47,992 nt of DNA from Pyrinomonadaceae bacterium (GCA_041492345.1 JBGPWS010000001.1:1-47992); one strand, 5' to 3'. Shown: positions 27,535 through 36,100, counted from the stretch's first letter. Notes: generated by a model from the letters alone, not told the origin. A program made the numbers and translations.

Positions 27535-28716
27535 ATGATTGCAACGGAAGATCTGATGCACGACATCCCTCCCAAGAGGATGGCAAATGCCGTGGTCTAT
27601 TCAGGGTTCATCGTAGCTGGCGCGGTCACTATCGTTCTGGGGCCGATCCTACCAATCTTGATTGCTCGCTGGTCGATGAGCGATGAACGAGCAGGGCTGT
27701 TCTTCACTCTACAGTTTTGCGGCAACTTGCTGGGAATCGCATGCCTCGGGTCGCTGATTTCCCGGCGTGGTTATGGGCAGACGCTTGGGATCGGTTTCAC
27801 CATCATCGCGCTGGGAATTGCGGCACTGAATCTCGGCAGCGAGTTCGTATGCTTGATAGCAACGGCCGGGTTCGGTTACGGCCTGGGCCTGGTTCTCTCA
27901 GCTACCAATCTCTGGGTAGCGGAGGCCGCCGCATCTCGACGGGCTGCCGCGCTCACCATTTTGAACTTAGCTTGGGGTATTGGAGCGATTACTTGTCCGG
28001 TGCTTGTGATGCTCGCCCAAAGAAGTCACAAGCTTGGGATATTGCTCCTCGGCATTTCAGGTTTGTCCGCTCTCCTGGCCTTAATCCTGGTGTCGATGGA
28101 CATCGAGCCTCGCTCCCGAAGAGGCACCGCTGAAACGACATTTCGGGACGAGCTCCCCGTCGGGATGAAAACTGCCTTTGCTTTAGGCGGTCTCTTTTTT
28201 CTTTACTGCGGCACTGAAAGTGCAATAGGCGGCTGGGCGGCCGCGCTCGCCAAGCGCATTGGAACGAACCCAGGAAACTTCTGGGAACTCGCGCCCATGT
28301 TTTTTTGGGCCGGGCTGCTGACGGGGCGCGCGCTGGGCCCCCTCGTTCTTCGTAGAGTGCCCGAAAGAACGGTCTTGATTCTGGGTTTGATCCTCGCTGG
28401 TGCTTGCAACGGAGCGCTGTTGTGGATAGCGAACCTCCAAGGCGCCGCGATCTGCCTGGTTGGCGCTGGTCTGGGTTTCGCCTGCATCTTTCCTTTGCTT
28501 GTGGCATCGTTGGTCGGATACTACGGCAAACGGGCGAGACGCGTGGGAAGCATCGTCTTCGCTCTTGCGAGTTTGGGCGGAGCCACGATTCCCTGGCTTG
28601 TGGGTTTTACTTCAACCCACATAGGCGGCCTACGTGCTGGATTAATGGTGCCGCTCATTGCCTGCATGTTCATGCTCGGTCTGCTGCGACTCTTAGGCAA
28701 GGAGCGTCCCGCCTGA
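27535..28716 (+). CDS. MFS transporter (12 TM, probable sugar importer of the cassette)
   Basis: 393 aa, uniformly hydrophobic helices. Substrate specificity cannot be read from the sequence. Confidence 0.8.
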   Translation: MIATEDLMHDIPPKRMANAVVYSGFIVAGAVTIVLGPILPILIARWSMSDERAGLFFTLQFCGNLLGIACLGSLISRRGYGQTLGIGFTIIALGIAALNLGSEFVCLIATAGFGYGLGLVLSATNLWVAEAAASRRAAALTILNLAWGIGAITCPVLVMLAQRSHKLGILLLGISGLSALLALILVSMDIEPRSRRGTAETTFRDELPVGMKTAFALGGLFFLYCGTESAIGGWAAALAKRIGTNPGNFWELAPMFFWAGLLTGRALGPLVLRRVPERTVLILGLILAGACNGALLWIANLQGAAICLVGAGLGFACIFPLLVASLVGYYGKRARRVGSIVFALASLGGATIPWLVGFTSTHIGGLRAGLMVPLIACMFMLGLLRLLGKERPA

Positions 28717-28937
28717 GGTTTAGATAATAAATGACCCCGATAAAGATTTAGCCAAAAGGCGGTGAGGTCCTTCGATGATAGTTGTCCATCGGGTATCAGG
28801 AATTTAGATCAGTCTGGGAGCGATGACAAAGTATGGCTAGTCAGCGAACACTCTCTCCAGCAGAGATCCCCTGCGCTTCACCAGCCGACGGAGACTCTGA
28901 AGCAGAAGTGATAGTTTGAGAAAGAAGTTTATTAACC

Positions 28938-29152
28938 TCTCCAACCGTTGGCAGACTGTCGGATGTTGCCGCATTACTGCGGCGGCAACATGACCACGCA
29001 GATCTATTCACAGAGCGACACTACGATCGCTACGGCAATCGCTTTAGGGGCGCGAACTCGTGACTTGGTAGGACTAGGTAGGACAGGGTGCATGGGACTC
29101 AAAATCCGTTGACCGTAAGGTCGGGTGGGTTCGACTCCCACCCTCCGCACCA
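28938..29152 (+). repeat. Direct repeat DR-2 (215 bp) ending in a tRNA-like 3' half with canonical GGTTCGACTCC T-loop
   Basis: See DR-1. This copy carries TTCGA in the T-loop (DR-1 has TTTGA) and lacks one A in the GGTAGGA(A)CTAGGTAGGAC segment. Confidence 0.9.
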
Positions 29153-29230
29153 TTCCTAATCTCGCTGTTACGACGACGTCCATCACTCGCTCGCCCGACA
29201 CCTTCACATGAGTTAGCACTGACGCTGATG

Positions 29231-30058
29231 CTAGTCCAAGCCCGTTGGGCCTCCGAAGTGAGCGATGATGACGGTGATGTTATCCTCTCCGCCACGTTCG
29301 TTAGCCAGTGCCACCAGTTGGTCACACGCGGCACTGAGCATCGGAGCTCGCTTTATTATTTCGCACATCTCAGACTCACTGACTTTCTGCATCAGGTAAT
29401 CACTTGACACTACCAGGTAATCATCGTGGGCGAGAGGGACTGTGCTCTCCTCTGGCTCAATTTCATCTCGCACGCCCAGGGATTGCAGTATGACGTTGCG
29501 CTGAGGGGATTGCGCCGCTTGCTCCTTTGTCATTTGCCCCATATCAACCAGGACCTGTACTAAAGACTGGTCTTTCGTCACCTGCCGCGCTTGGCCAGCG
29601 TGAATCAAATAGCAACGCGAATCACCAACTTGTCCGAGGTAAGCTTGCCCCTGGTAGATAAGCGCCGCTGTCATAGTCGCGCCCATTCCGGAGAACGCGG
29701 GATTTTCCCGGCTGGCGTGCCTAATGGCGTGATTGGCCGATTTCAAACCATCGCTCAATCTGTCTGCGAACAACTCTTTCTGTGCCGGTGCACCGAGCCG
29801 GCGCATCAGTTGCTCAATGGCAAGGCGACTAGCGACTTCTCCCGCCTGCGCCCCACCCATCCCATCTGAGACCGCCAGCAGAAGGCCGCCTGGTCCGACT
29901 CTATAGCCATCCAGATTACCGGTGATGGTCTTGACCTCCTTGTCATTAAGCTCGGCGACGATAAATGCGTCTTCATTGGCTGAGCGCACACGGCCGGTGT
30001 CCGTCAGGCAAGCGACAGAGACTACCATCCCGGTCGGTCCTTCATCTGTTGAAGTCAT
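29231..30058 (-). CDS. PP2C-family Ser/Thr protein phosphatase
   Basis: Motifs RSANEDAF, SDGMGG, GDSRCY and GGEDNITV. Confidence 0.9.
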   Translation of the reverse strand: MTSTDEGPTGMVVSVACLTDTGRVRSANEDAFIVAELNDKEVKTITGNLDGYRVGPGGLLLAVSDGMGGAQAGEVASRLAIEQLMRRLGAPAQKELFADRLSDGLKSANHAIRHASRENPAFSGMGATMTAALIYQGQAYLGQVGDSRCYLIHAGQARQVTKDQSLVQVLVDMGQMTKEQAAQSPQRNVILQSLGVRDEIEPEESTVPLAHDDYLVVSSDYLMQKVSESEMCEIIKRAPMLSAACDQLVALANERGGEDNITVIIAHFGGPTGLD

Positions 30059-30274
30059 TTCTCTTTGCTGCTCCTTTCATGATTCAGTCCTTATTGATGA
30101 CGAAACGCTTGTACGAGAGTGAACACGCCCGAAGTGAGAAAGATCAAGTCGCAGAGACATGGAATGATGAATCGACTCACTATCGTCTGCGCTTCGATCC
30201 GCTGAATCCTCCGCTGTTCCAGCGCATTAGAAGACGACTGACCCTCCGATGCGTAGTTCCAGGCCCGGTTAACG

Positions 30275-31393
30275 CTAAACCTTAGTCAAGCTGTGTTGCA
30301 AAGCAACGCGTTTCTCATAGGCCTCGCGGGCAATCTGAACGTCTTCCAGAAAATATGCCAACTCCTTGAGCAGCAACGCCTGAGGTCCATCGACCAACGC
30401 TTTCGCGGGCTCGGGATGAAAATCAACTAGTATCATGTTCGCGCCGGCGATCACTCCCTGGGCGGTGGCGTGCATGATTTCCAGGATGCCTTCGGGCCCG
30501 CTGGTGCGCGAACCAACCGAGTGAGAAGGATCAATACAAACCGGCATCCGGGTTAGCCGCTTCACCACCGGCACATGAGCGAAGTCCACAAAATTTCGAT
30601 GCGGGTCGCCGATGTTTGTCTTCATGCCGCGCAGACCAAAAATCACTTTGCGATTTCCTTCGCTCGCCAGGTATTCGGCCGCGTGCAGCGATTCGTCCAG
30701 GTTAATCCCAAAGCCGCGCTTTAGCAGGATCGGAAATTCCTGCTGTCGCCCTGCGCTCTTCAGCAATTCGAAGTTCTGCGTGTTCCGAGTTCCGATTTGC
30801 AGCATCACGCCGGTAGGATTGCCAGTAAGGTTCAAAGCTCCATGAATCTCGTCGATGTGCGATTCGTGCGTGACTTCCATGGCGATGATTTTGATTCCGT
30901 ATTTGCCCGCCAACTCGAACACATACGGCAGGCAGTCTTTTCCATGTCCCTGGAACGAGTAGGCGCTGGTGCGCGGCTTGTAAGCTCCCATGCGCGTGCA
31001 CACCTGGCCGTTATCGCGCAGCGCGCGCATCATCAGCTCGACATTTTCTCGCGTGTCTACGGCGCACAACCCGGCAAAGACGTTGAGCGAGTCTTGGGAG
31101 AGGCGGATGCCCTGGTAGGTAAAATGCGCGGGCCGGCGATCGCCGTTGTGCCTACCCAGCACCCGGTATTCTTCCGAAACGCGCACGACCTGTTCGACGC
31201 CGGGAAGACTTTTCATCTCCGCAACGGGGAGTGTCGTTGTGTGCCCAATTAGATGAACTTCAGTTATCGACTGCTCGAGACCCTGTTCATGGTGGATGCG
31301 CAGCTCGATGTTTGGCAGCCGAGAAAGGTGATTCAGCAGTTGCTGGTATTCAGCACTTTCAAAGCTAAGATTTGGTTTCAGAATCAGAATCAT
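30275..31393 (-). CDS. 3-deoxy-7-phosphoheptulonate (DAHP) synthase, type I-beta with N-terminal ferredoxin-like regulatory domain
   Basis: Collinear with Thermotoga-type DAH7PS. Motifs GAYKPRTSAYSFQG, LLKRGFG, DPSHS and HPEPAKALVDGPQAL. It has a ~80-aa N-terminal ACT/FL-like domain. The start lies 7 nt after the tyrA stop. Confidence 0.9.
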   Translation of the reverse strand: MILILKPNLSFESAEYQQLLNHLSRLPNIELRIHHEQGLEQSITEVHLIGHTTTLPVAEMKSLPGVEQVVRVSEEYRVLGRHNGDRRPAHFTYQGIRLSQDSLNVFAGLCAVDTRENVELMMRALRDNGQVCTRMGAYKPRTSAYSFQGHGKDCLPYVFELAGKYGIKIIAMEVTHESHIDEIHGALNLTGNPTGVMLQIGTRNTQNFELLKSAGRQQEFPILLKRGFGINLDESLHAAEYLASEGNRKVIFGLRGMKTNIGDPHRNFVDFAHVPVVKRLTRMPVCIDPSHSVGSRTSGPEGILEIMHATAQGVIAGANMILVDFHPEPAKALVDGPQALLLKELAYFLEDVQIAREAYEKRVALQHSLTKV

Positions 31394-31400
31394 GATTGTA

Positions 31401-32591
31401 TTACTCCCGCCCGATGGCTCCTTCGTTTGCCGCTTTTGTCAGACAGTTTGCCTCAGTAAAAACTTGTTCAGTTTCGCTCATTTCGGCGCGCTTTCCTTCA
31501 CAGGGCGCGCGTAGCTCCTCCCGCACGATGTCCAACTTCTGCGCGAACACGTCAACCGCTGCTGCGATTTGGCCGTGGTTGGATTCCAGAATGTCACGCC
31601 ACATAGACCACGAACTTCCCGCCAGCCGCGTCATGTCGCGAAACCCGCTGCCCGAGACTGCGAGAAGGGCTTCCACATTTGGTTCGTTTCCAAGTGTCGC
31701 AGCCAAGGTAGTGGAAAGTATTTGTGGTAGATGGCTGATGAAGGTGAGCGCGCGGTCGTGTGCTTCGGGAGTCATTAGCCTCACACGCGCGCCGATTGCC
31801 TTCAGTGTTTCTTCAAAGGCTCGGAGTTGGTCAGTCTCCTCGCTGTCATCGACCAGCACGTATGGGGCATCTACAAAAAGCTCAGCATCAGAATAAGCGA
31901 GTCCCGAATGTTCGCTGCCTGCGATCGGGTGCCCGCCAACGAAGACGACCCCGTCCGGCAAATGCCCACGCGCTGCGTGACAGATTTCCACCTTCGTGCT
32001 GCCCGCGTCAGTAACCAGTGCGCCGGCATTTATCTGCTGTCCACGCTCTCGCAAAAACTCGAGAATGCCGCTCACCGGCATCGCCAAATAAATCAGATCC
32101 GATTGTGAGGGTGCGCCGTCGGCGAAAGACGAGTCGACTTCATCGATAATGCCGCGCCGCAGGCCCTCTTGCAGAACTTCTTCGGCAATATCCCAGCCGG
32201 CGATGCGCCGGCACGTTCCAGTCTTTCTCAAGGCCAGCGCGAAAGACGCGCCAATCAATCCGCAGCCAACGATCGTCACCCGGTTCCATTTTGGCCGTGC
32301 GATTTGTGAATCGGCTTTTGGTACGCTCTCGATAAATTGAATTCGTCGAGACTCATCAATGATCGTTTTGAAGATCTTTTTGATACCTTCTTCATTCAAA
32401 GGTCCTTCGCTCGATTCGCACACTCTCGTTAGGACTTCTCGTTCGCGATCCGGATCGCACAGAGGAGCACGCTTACGTTTCTTCACCAGTCCAATCTCGG
32501 AGGCGAGGCGGGCACGTCGGTTGAGCAAAGTCAGCAACTCGTCATCAATCGCGTCTATTTCAGCGCGCCACTTCTCGATCTTCTCATCCAT
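31401..32591 (-). CDS. tyrA: Bifunctional chorismate mutase (AroQ) / prephenate dehydrogenase
   Basis: The N-terminus 'WRAEIDAIDDELLTLLNRRARLASEIGLVK' is a type II chorismate mutase. It is followed by the Rossmann motif 'VTIVGCGLIGASFALAL' and a prephenate dehydrogenase body. AAGGAG RBS is present. Confidence 0.9.
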   Translation of the reverse strand: MDEKIEKWRAEIDAIDDELLTLLNRRARLASEIGLVKKRKRAPLCDPDREREVLTRVCESSEGPLNEEGIKKIFKTIIDESRRIQFIESVPKADSQIARPKWNRVTIVGCGLIGASFALALRKTGTCRRIAGWDIAEEVLQEGLRRGIIDEVDSSFADGAPSQSDLIYLAMPVSGILEFLRERGQQINAGALVTDAGSTKVEICHAARGHLPDGVVFVGGHPIAGSEHSGLAYSDAELFVDAPYVLVDDSEETDQLRAFEETLKAIGARVRLMTPEAHDRALTFISHLPQILSTTLAATLGNEPNVEALLAVSGSGFRDMTRLAGSSWSMWRDILESNHGQIAAAVDVFAQKLDIVREELRAPCEGKRAEMSETEQVFTEANCLTKAANEGAIGRE

Positions 32592-32611
32592 CGCAGCTCC
32601 TTCTTCACCGC

Positions 32612-32656
32612 AAAAAAAGAACCGGCCACTGTCCTTGCTGAAGGAAGTGGCCGGTT
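32612..32656 (-). terminator. Strong intrinsic terminator 20 nt upstream of the tyrA start codon (candidate attenuator)
   Basis: Minus-strand RNA AACCGGCCACU-UCCUU-CAGC-AAGGA-C-AGUGGCCGGUU (16 bp) is followed by CUUUUUUUG. The tyrA RBS follows directly. Confidence 0.8.
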
Positions 32657-32686
32657 GGTACTTGAACTTCTTAAACTACTAGATCA

Positions 32687-32776
32687 TCACGCGCTGCCAG
32701 CCAGCCACTCTCCATCCCTCACTCCGAAGAGCGGGCGGTAGTAGCGGTAATAACGATCGCTGGTGGTGTGATTCAT
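32687..32776 (-). CDS. Candidate Tyr-rich leader peptide (29 aa, not in ORF track)
   Basis: Product MNHTTSDRYYRYYRPLFGVRDGEWLAGSA, then TGA TGA. Four Tyr codons fall within five positions (codons 9-13). Codons 23-27 are complementary to the 5' arm of the terminator. No good SD (GAGGG is 17 nt upstream). Confidence 0.45.
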   Translation of the reverse strand: MNHTTSDRYYRYYRPLFGVRDGEWLAGSA

Positions 32777-32839
32777 CGTCTGTTGTCGCTGCGCCCTCTT
32801 TGACGCGCTGAACAAAGTTAAGGGCTGCGCCGGATTCTG

Positions 32840-33040
32840 TCAAGCATTTAGTGCCGTAAACACTTCCTCGCGCGATACGGCATCGTTACCAACCCCTTCG
32901 TCGATCGCCCGCGCTAGAGCGACATCTTCCATCGCTTCTTCGATAATTTCCTCAACGAACTCGCGGCGCTCTTCCAACACTTCAGCCACTGCGGATTTAA
33001 GCAGATCCTTCAATTTCGTTTCGTCTATCGATGTCGCCAT
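32840..33040 (-). CDS. Small acidic helical protein (66 aa), function unknown
   Basis: ATG 33040 after AGGAGA. Highly acidic, predicted helical (KDLLKSAVAEVLEERREFVEEIIEEAMEDVALARAIDEG). No partner gene recognised. Confidence 0.55.
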   Translation of the reverse strand: MATSIDETKLKDLLKSAVAEVLEERREFVEEIIEEAMEDVALARAIDEGVGNDAVSREEVFTALNA

Positions 33041-33236
33041 AAATCTCTCCTGTGAGCTTAAAGTAGCATCGCTGATTCCGAAAGGGAAGAAAGGACGCCA
33101 AGCATTCAGAGATCATACGCGCGCAGTGCCTCTTGGGTCTGAGGTCGCGAAGTAACATCATGGAACGCTAGCCCTGCGAAATGATTCTCTCAGTTGAGAG
33201 TCGTAAAGCGAGTCAATTTTGGTGTAGCATTGCCGC

Positions 33237-33566
33237 ATGCGAGCAAGCCTGCTCATGCTGGCGTTGTTTCTGGCTCTCGGCTTCGCGGCGTGTCACCACG
33301 CGAAGCTGGGAAGTTCGAGCGCCGCCGCGCAAGACTTCGCGACTTTGTCCTTTGCCTCCACCGCAAAGAAGCCCGACTTTGAGACCGAGATTAAGCCGAT
33401 CTTTCAGTCGCGATGTCAGCCCTGCCATTTTCCGGGAGGCAAAGTCTACGATCACCTGCCGTTCGATCGTCCCGAAACAATCACCAGGCTCGGCAAGAAA
33501 CTCTTCACTCGCATCAAAGACGAAAAAGAACAGCGACTGATCAGCGAATTTCTTGCTCAACCTTAA
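33237..33566 (+). CDS. Small lipoprotein with a CxxCH haem-binding-type motif (PSCyt1-like)
   Basis: Lipobox LALGFAAC. 'IKPIFQSRCQPCHF' resembles the planctomycete-type cytochrome c motif. Confidence 0.6.
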   Translation: MRASLLMLALFLALGFAACHHAKLGSSSAAAQDFATLSFASTAKKPDFETEIKPIFQSRCQPCHFPGGKVYDHLPFDRPETITRLGKKLFTRIKDEKEQRLISEFLAQP

Positions 33567-33640
33567 TCCAAAAAAATAGGACTCTGAATACGAAGACAAG
33601 AGCCGCGCTTTTCTTAGCGTCATGGCGCCTTTGCGTGAAG

Positions 33641-34066
33641 CTATTTCTCGCCACGGCGCCAAGTCGCAAAGACTTCCTTTTGTAACTTCGCGAGAACGCC
33701 TTTCGGATCGAAGAGACTTTTCATTCCGTTGCTAACAACCCGATGCGTTCCGGGATCAACAGGGATATCGGCCCATTCGGGCAGCGCGAAGCCGTATTCA
33801 ACTTCCAAATTATCCTTGTAGAACACCCGCAGAGATTTGCACCTTCCCCAGTCTTCGACTTTGCACTCAGTCACTCCGCCAAACAGGACCGACCATGATG
33901 AGTCGTTGATGTAGTTTTCTGGTTGGGTCGTGAGGATAATCAAATCAACGTCTGATTCTTCATCAGCAGATTCACGAGCCCACGACCCGACCAGCGCGAC
34001 AGCCTCAATGTTCGGCTGCGCGCTTGCCCATTGACTGAATTTGTCGAGGAAAGCTTTGACGTTCAC
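33641..34066 (-). CDS. Minimal nucleotidyltransferase-fold protein (141 aa)
   Basis: 'VALVGSWARESADEESDVDLIILT' matches the GS..(D/E)xD pol-beta NTase signature. GTG start, no clear SD. Confidence 0.6.
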   Translation of the reverse strand: MNVKAFLDKFSQWASAQPNIEAVALVGSWARESADEESDVDLIILTTQPENYINDSSWSVLFGGVTECKVEDWGRCKSLRVFYKDNLEVEYGFALPEWADIPVDPGTHRVVSNGMKSLFDPKGVLAKLQKEVFATWRRGEK

Positions 34067-34159
34067 AGCTACGCAATTTCGGGCAGGGTTGTCAGGTTCG
34101 CTCAGGCGATCTGCTAAGCACGTCCATTATCGAAAAATTCTTTCAGCTAGAATGAACGC

Positions 34160-35074
34160 CTAGCTCCAGTTATTCTTGACCCAATCGATCGTCGGCCCGA
34201 GATCGAAGCTTTTTGCCGTCTCGATCAACTGTGGAATGGCTTTCCAGTCATCCAGCGAGGTCGGCTTCGCCAGCGGCGGGTTGAGCCTACAATAGCGATC
34301 GTCGCGCAGCAACTGCTTGCTCATGAAATGATCGGCGTTAACAACGCCATCAAAAAGAATGTTCAGGAGCGGCTCGGACGGCGTGTGAAAAGGATTGAGC
34401 ATCCATTGGACCACGCCCCAATTCGTGGTACCGGTTTTCACAATCTTTGGCGACGACCCAGTGCCCACCGACAACAGACAAATGTCCGACACAGCCAGGT
34501 TGGGCTCGTGTCTGAGGGCGACCGCAATCGCCGGCGTGCTGGGATTGTTGGCGATCATGCCGCCGTCAATGAAACCCTGATGCGAAGGAAAAACTGTGGG
34601 CGCCGCCGCGCTGCGCAGAGCGCAATCAACGATCAGTTCATCCAGGTACTTCGGATCATCCGGATAGTTGTGCATGAAGTGAGGATACCAATCGTTTTCG
34701 TCATGGTCGTACAGTTGGAACGTAGTCACCATCACCTTGTGCCTGGTGAGGTCTTTGAGAGTCGGATTGCCGGGAAAATGGCTTTCCAAAAGACCCTTAA
34801 AGTTCTTGTTTTTGAACTTTGGCCGGAACCAGTTCCAGTGCGACGGCGAGAACGCGGACCGCAGATTTTCCTGCGAGTAAAACTCCACCAGCGTGTCCGC
34901 GTTGATCCCACTAGCCAGGCTGAGGGCGACCACTGATCCGGTTGAAGTTCCCGCGAAGAGATCAACCTGCTCGAGCAAGTTTGGAACCTCGTCCGCCAGA
35001 CGTTTCACTAGCGCGGCCATCAGCGACCCGCGCACACCGCCGCCGTCGAAAGTCATTATGCGATATTTGCCCAT
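34160..35074 (-). CDS. Patatin-like phospholipase
   Basis: ATG 35074 after GGAGG. Has the DGGGVRG oxyanion motif, the GTSTGS nucleophile elbow and the catalytic Asp in FIDGGM. The track's upstream extension to 35194 is unlikely to be real. Confidence 0.85.
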   Translation of the reverse strand: MGKYRIMTFDGGGVRGSLMAALVKRLADEVPNLLEQVDLFAGTSTGSVVALSLASGINADTLVEFYSQENLRSAFSPSHWNWFRPKFKNKNFKGLLESHFPGNPTLKDLTRHKVMVTTFQLYDHDENDWYPHFMHNYPDDPKYLDELIVDCALRSAAAPTVFPSHQGFIDGGMIANNPSTPAIAVALRHEPNLAVSDICLLSVGTGSSPKIVKTGTTNWGVVQWMLNPFHTPSEPLLNILFDGVVNADHFMSKQLLRDDRYCRLNPPLAKPTSLDDWKAIPQLIETAKSFDLGPTIDWVKNNWS

Positions 35075-35416
35075 AGGTGGCCTCCTTTCGTCATCTATGC
35101 GCGAGCCACAGCTTGTCGCGCAACTGCATTCGTCTTCAGCAATCCGGAATCGATTAGGTCTTCCTGCCAGGCGGCCAACTTCATCCGTGACCATGGTGGG
35201 CTTGAAGTAGGCCTCATAGCGCTAGTCGTTCCGGAATACCATTGTGTACATGTGGTCCATACAGGACGGCACAAACCAGCGGAGCTATGCGCTGACACAT
35301 TGATTGGATTCCCCCGGTTGGCGAGGAGTCGGAATTGTATCACGCGTCATAAAGCGCTGAAGGAGTCGGCCTGGCGGACCCTTTCAAAGACGCCCGAGAG
35401 ACTTTCGTCTGACCAG

Positions 35417-36100
35417 CTATCTGCATTGACTTAGGCACCAGCCGCGCAACGCGGTCACAAACGAGTCGAAGTTGGGATAACTAATGATGGTAGCGGTACC
35501 CTCGAAAGCGAGGGCACTTGTCCTGCAAGTGCGCTTGACCTCGTCGTCCGAGCGCGGTGACCAGACAATTTTGTATATATAGACATTGGGATCGGAGGAA
35601 GCGACCCCGCCCATTCTATCCAGCATCTGCCTTGCCGTTTTGGAGTCACCTCGCCGTAAGGCGATTACCGCTAGAGTGTAATAGCTGTCCGCCAGATAGG
35701 TGTGGCGACCTTTAGAATACTTCGCCAGCCAGGTGTTCAGCGCATCTTCAGCTTGATTGAAAGATGACCAGTCTTGCACGTGATCTCTATAATCAAGAAT
35801 GAAGAACTTCTTTTGATAGTACGTTCCCAGATAAAACTGAGCGCGCTCAGCCTCAACTGTGTTTGGGTATTTAGCTATGATAAGCCGGTACAACTCAGCC
35901 GCGCGATCACTCGTATCGTCGTTGCCCTGGTAGTAGTTTGCCTCATTGAGCAGCTTGGCCGAGCTGGTTGACTGCGATGCTGTGGATTTAGACCTTTGTG
36001 ATCTGGTGTTCCAACCCGCCAGGTGAATAACGAAGATCATTATTAAAAGGACAACCAGGGACTTGCGGACGCGATCGGCGTAAGAGTCTCGTTGAAGCAT
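35417..36100 (-). CDS. Membrane-anchored TPR-like protein (YbgF/BamD-like helical repeats), function unknown
   Basis: N-terminal TM (LVVLLIMIFVIHLAG). 'AAELYRLIIAKYPNTVEAERAQFYLGTYY' is a TPR-like pair. Confidence 0.5.
   Translation of the reverse strand: MLQRDSYADRVRKSLVVLLIMIFVIHLAGWNTRSQRSKSTASQSTSSAKLLNEANYYQGNDDTSDRAAELYRLIIAKYPNTVEAERAQFYLGTYYQKKFFILDYRDHVQDWSSFNQAEDALNTWLAKYSKGRHTYLADSYYTLAVIALRRGDSKTARQMLDRMGGVASSDPNVYIYKIVWSPRSDDEVKRTCRTSALAFEGTATIISYPNFDSFVTALRGWCLSQCR

Noticed and set aside
32592-32839. T-box riboswitch (Tyr specifier) instead of a leader peptide
   Set aside because: There is no recognisable Stem I elements (AG bulge, distal loop, GA/K-turn) and no GGGUGGNACCGCG T-box. 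The UGGC in the antiterminator would match a discriminator G, not the A73 of tRNA-Tyr. Only ~130 nt are available upstream of the antiterminator.
33181-33662. Overlapping ORFs 33181-33540 (+), 33213-33662 (-) and 33413-33685 (+)
   Set aside because: The frame at 33237-33566 has a lipoprotein signal and a CxxCH motif and explains the region. The others are low-complexity shadow frames.
33641-35074. Calling the patatin/NTase pair a CBASS system
   Set aside because: The NTase is ~141 aa with only the minimal pol-beta core, far shorter than cGAS/DncV-like enzymes. No Cap accessory genes are present. It is kept only as an unexplained association in the findings.
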